Shown: positions 61,057 through 64,000 of the stretch, one piece after another
Layout of the letters: each line of letters opens with the position of its first letter
Position numbering within the stretch: the first letter of the stretch is position 1
NCBI GenBank assembly: GCA_050953065.1
Contig: JBMNLZ010000002.1
Span: 384,001 to 448,000, forward strand
DNA length: 64,000 nt
Source of the DNA: Bacilli bacterium
GTDB taxonomy: Bacteria; Bacillota_I; Bacilli_A; ML615J-28; CAG-698
Direction of reading: 5' to 3'
The notes under the pieces: generated by a model
Told to the model about the DNA's origin: nothing
The model's database searches: none
Seen by the model: the letters and a program-made list of their open reading frames with translations, nothing else
Position numbers and translations under genes: made by a program

Positions 61057-61515
61057 ATGGATAAAACAATGATAAAGGAAACGACTTATAAAGAATATAT
61101 TGAAGAAAATGAATTTTTAGTTTATGCTCCTCGTGGGGTTAGTATGTTACCTTTAATTAAAGAAGGAATAGATTCTGTTAGACTAGTTAAAATCAAACGC
61201 CCTATTAAAAAATATGATGTATTATTATACAGTAGAGAAAATGGTAGTTGTGTACTTCATAGGGTAGTAAGGGTATGCAAAGAAAGTTATGATATGATGG
61301 GAGATAACCAGTGGATTATTGAAAGGGGCGTAAAAAAAGATAATATAATAGCTTTAATGGATGGGGTTTATAAAGGAGAAAAATTTATTAGCATAAACAG
61401 TTTTAGATATAAAATATATGCAAGATTTAGAGTTTGGTTTCGCTTTTTTAGAAGAGTTAATAATTATATAAAAAGAAGGGTTTTTAAAAGAAACAATAAG
61501 GAGAAAAATAAATGA
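61057..61515 (+). CDS. S24/S26-family peptidase (Ser-His type) without an N-terminal membrane anchor
   Basis: GVSMLP (catalytic Ser), LHRV (His), GDN; basic amphipathic C-terminal tail. Confidence 0.8.
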   Translation: MDKTMIKETTYKEYIEENEFLVYAPRGVSMLPLIKEGIDSVRLVKIKRPIKKYDVLLYSRENGSCVLHRVVRVCKESYDMMGDNQWIIERGVKKDNIIALMDGVYKGEKFISINSFRYKIYARFRVWFRFFRRVNNYIKRRVFKRNNKEKNK

Positions 61516-62222
61516 GAAAAGTCTTTATAATTTTAAGCACATTTTTAATTTTGTTTTTAGTTGGATGTGGGGATAAAACAAAAGCAATTTCAGTTGAAAT
61601 TGGTAATATAACAATGAATGATGAAGGATTAGTAGTAAGTTTTACTTTAGATGATCCAAGTCTAACTAAACTAAAGATTTCTAAAGTAGGACTAATTTAT
61701 AAGGTTTATAAAGAAAATGAAGTTTTAACTAAATCAAGTTCTTTAGGTTTAAAAGAACAAGCCTTTAATCAAGAAGAAGTAGAGTTTGTTATGAGTGATT
61801 TTTTGGAAGATACTTATACAAAGACCTTGCAAATAAAAGTTTTTATTGAAACAGAAGATGAGAAAATAAAATATTCAGAAAAATTTAAAACTTTTTGTTT
61901 GTATGATATAGCAAGTAGTCTTTCTACTGCTTATGCATTAATGATTTTATCTCAAACAGAAGATTCTTATATTGAAGAGGTTTCATTAAATGTAGATTAT
62001 CAAAACTATCAAATAGAAGCATTAGATGAATCATATGAAGCGACTATTACAACTGATTATAACTTTATAACAATAATAGTTAACATAAAAGAGACTAAAC
62101 GCTTAAAAGAAGGTTTTACATTTATTATTAATAACAAAACAATTGAAAAGGGAGAATATACAGTAACAGATAATTCTATTACATATATCAAAGAAGATCC
62201 TAATTGGACAAAACCGTATTAA
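61512..62222 (+). CDS. Lipoprotein of unknown function
   Basis: Lipobox LVGC; ATGA overlap with the peptidase gene. Confidence 0.8.
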   Translation: MRKVFIILSTFLILFLVGCGDKTKAISVEIGNITMNDEGLVVSFTLDDPSLTKLKISKVGLIYKVYKENEVLTKSSSLGLKEQAFNQEEVEFVMSDFLEDTYTKTLQIKVFIETEDEKIKYSEKFKTFCLYDIASSLSTAYALMILSQTEDSYIEEVSLNVDYQNYQIEALDESYEATITTDYNFITIIVNIKETKRLKEGFTFIINNKTIEKGEYTVTDNSITYIKEDPNWTKPY

Positions 62223-62249
62223 TTGTTGAGTAATATTTGTTAGAATTGG

Positions 62250-62278
62250 TTGATAAAAAATAAAAAATATGTTAACAT
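62250..62278 (+). promoter_or_regulatory. Putative sigmaA promoter for the peptide and surface-protein genes
   Basis: TTGATA, 17-bp spacer, TAACAT preceded by TG. Confidence 0.5.
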
Positions 62279-62326
62279 GAGGTGTAGTGTTTTTTTAAAA
62301 GGCTATTTAATGAAGGAGGTATATTA

Positions 62327-62446
62327 ATGAAGGAAATTTATCAAAAACCGATTGTTGAAATCGTAAAATTTGAAGAAAGCGAGATTAGAACTGATACATC
62401 TACAATGGACTTTGGTGTAAATGATTGGTTCGAAACAGGGGTTTAG
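62327..62446 (+). CDS. 39-aa peptide MKEIYQKPIVEIVKFEESEIRTDTSTMDFGVNDWFETGV with a YxxP leader-like motif (not in the ORF track)
   Basis: AAGGAGGT RBS at 62313-62320; stop at 62444-62446; next ATG follows after 4 nt. Confidence 0.8.
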   Translation: MKEIYQKPIVEIVKFEESEIRTDTSTMDFGVNDWFETGV

Positions 62447-62450
62447 AATT

Positions 62451-64000
62451 ATGATGAGAAAAATTAGTATTTTTAGTATTTTATTCGTTTTATTGGCTTT
62501 TGTGTGTGTTAATTTTGTAAAGGTTAACGCAGAAGGTTATTCTGGAGCAATGCTTCCAGGAGCTTCAATTAGAACTGCAGGAGAACAAGGGTTGAAGTTT
62601 TCAGCAACTTTTGATGCAGCCTATTTAAATGATGAAAGAGGATTTTTCGTTATTTATGGTGAGGCAACACAAGCTGATTTATTAGCAGTAATTAATCATG
62701 CAACACCTGTTATTAATGGAAAAGAAGTTAAAAAAGCTACGACTACATTTAGTAATACTTGTGCAACAATTTCAGTTGTTTTAACTGGTATTCCAGTAAA
62801 TGGTTATGCTCAAGCAATTACAGTTATTGGATATGCTCATAATGCGACTGATGGATATACATTAGTTGAAAGCCAAGTAACTAGAAGTATTGCTGAAGTT
62901 GCATTAAATGCTGCAAAAGCCGGTGATGGTGCAAGTGTTTCTACTGTATTAACAGATATTGGAGCAAACTTCTTTAAATATGGTTTTGATAAGTTTGGAA
63001 ATTATGTAGTTTCTAATCCATTATATGAATATGATCATGAGAATTTACGTGCTGAATTTATCGCTGACTGGAATAGTTTTACAGGGACAACATTTACTAC
63101 TCTTGTTGGCCTAGATTTCTTTACAAGTGCAAAAGAAGGTTTAACTGATGCAATTGGAAGTAATAAGAATTTAGCACCAAGCAACATTTATAAATTCTTT
63201 AATAATCCTGCAATGAATGCTAAATGGGGTTGGTTCTTAGATTATATTACTAGTGTAGATGGTACAACACACCCTTCTCGTCAAATTGTTGCGATAAAGG
63301 GAGATGGTACTAATGGTACATACACTTTATATCACGCTGATCAATTATCATATTCAATCGTTAACTTCTTTAACTTTTCATATGTTGTAGGTGGATATAC
63401 TGCAATTAACTTCCCTGCAGCTCCAGAAAAATATAATACAGTTTCTAATTATAACAATAAAATATATGCTGATTATGCAAGTTATGATGGGTATATATAT
63501 AAGAACAAAACAATTACTGTTCCAGCAGGTCCACTAAAAGAACATTATACTTTCCAATATTTTAATGATGGAGAAGCAAATGTAAATGCTGGAGCAACAT
63601 ATACAGTAACTAAAGCTGTTAGATTAACTCCTCAATATACAGCAAATCCATACACACTTAGATATTATGATGGATCAACTCTTATTGAATCATTAAATGA
63701 TACATATACAGTTGAACAAGCAAAGACTCTACCAACAACATATTCAAAAGATGGTTATATATTTGAAGGATGGTATGATAATCCAGAGCTTAATGGTAGT
63801 GCAATTGTATCATTCCCTGCTGGAACATCAGGAAATAAAACTTATTATGCAAAAATGACTTTAGGAAGTCCGTTTACTATAACGTTTAATTTGAATGGTG
63901 GACATTGGGGTTATGCAACTAGACAAGATATGGTAGATGATTTCCTTGAAGACTATAGAGTTTTCTATAATACTGCTACAAGTTCAAGTTTAACTGCAAT
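62451..64000 (+). CDS. Large secreted/surface protein with InlB B-type repeats (runs off the window; not in the ORF track)
   Basis: Frame open to the window end; signal peptide ending VNA; N-terminal GASIR...GLKF...VLTGIP...RSIAEVA domain; KWGWFLDY motif; repeat KDGYIFEGWYDNPEL...GNKTYYAK. Confidence 0.88.
   Translation, partial: MMRKISIFSILFVLLAFVCVNFVKVNAEGYSGAMLPGASIRTAGEQGLKFSATFDAAYLNDERGFFVIYGEATQADLLAVINHATPVINGKEVKKATTTFSNTCATISVVLTGIPVNGYAQAITVIGYAHNATDGYTLVESQVTRSIAEVALNAAKAGDGASVSTVLTDIGANFFKYGFDKFGNYVVSNPLYEYDHENLRAEFIADWNSFTGTTFTTLVGLDFFTSAKEGLTDAIGSNKNLAPSNIYKFFNNPAMNAKWGWFLDYITSVDGTTHPSRQIVAIKGDGTNGTYTLYHADQLSYSIVNFFNFSYVVGGYTAINFPAAPEKYNTVSNYNNKIYADYASYDGYIYKNKTITVPAGPLKEHYTFQYFNDGEANVNAGATYTVTKAVRLTPQYTANPYTLRYYDGSTLIESLNDTYTVEQAKTLPTTYSKDGYIFEGWYDNPELNGSAIVSFPAGTSGNKTYYAKMTLGSPFTITFNLNGGHWGYATRQDMVDDFLEDYRVFYNTATSSSLTA

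Noticed and set aside
62327-62446. Classical lasso peptide precursor
   Set aside because: The leader motif is similar, but no lasso cyclase or transglutaminase-like B2 protease is in the window, and the candidate Thr(-2) positions do not give a typical Gly/Ser/Cys/Ala core start; kept only as RiPP-like
62721-62738. 18-nt match (aaagaagttaaaaaagct) between the micropeptide gene near 10373 and the surface protein gene
   Set aside because: Same strand, low complexity, and both encode KEVKKA with preferred codons; likely chance
50552-64000. Genomic island integrated at tRNA-Ser
   Set aside because: Accessory-looking genes follow the tRNA, but no integrase and no duplicated tRNA 3' end were seen within the window

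Overview
Very AT-rich, gene-dense chromosomal segment read with the standard genetic code (TGG for Trp, TGA used as stop), almost all genes on the + strand. Gene content (GlnRS, CdaA, WhiA, DegV, many InlB-repeat and Ig-repeat lipoproteins) suggests an Acholeplasmatales/Izemoplasmatales-like Mollicutes or Bacilli lineage; this is inference. Housekeeping genes: dxr (partial), rseP, nagA, hflX, degV, cdaA, ispDF, nifU-like, pgi, tsaE-tsaB-rimI-tsaD, glnS, pcrA, ligA, uvrA, lgt, ppaX, trxB, whiA, acpS and tRNA-Ser(GCT). Surface and accessory genes: GHL10, GH5, an Ig-repeat/NAGPA lipoprotein, two SGNH lipoprotein paralogs and two vWA proteins. Main candidates for undescribed biology: (1) at the right end, a Ser-His S24/S26 peptidase without a membrane anchor, a lipoprotein, an unannotated 39-aa YxKP-leader peptide and a large secreted protein, possibly a RiPP-like processing or surface-display system; (2) an operon coupling a catalytically degenerate DUF4011-type helicase/nuclease and an ankyrin protein to the c-di-AMP synthase CdaA; (3) a stand-alone transcription unit encoding a 16-aa basic peptide; (4) an operon of a prion-like N/Q-rich membrane protein and a charged coiled-coil protein; (5) three 3'-end remnants of ATPase/HTH genes, each beside a strong palindrome. 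No CRISPR array, rRNA, integrase or transposase was seen. All family calls come from motif recognition by eye; no database searches were run.
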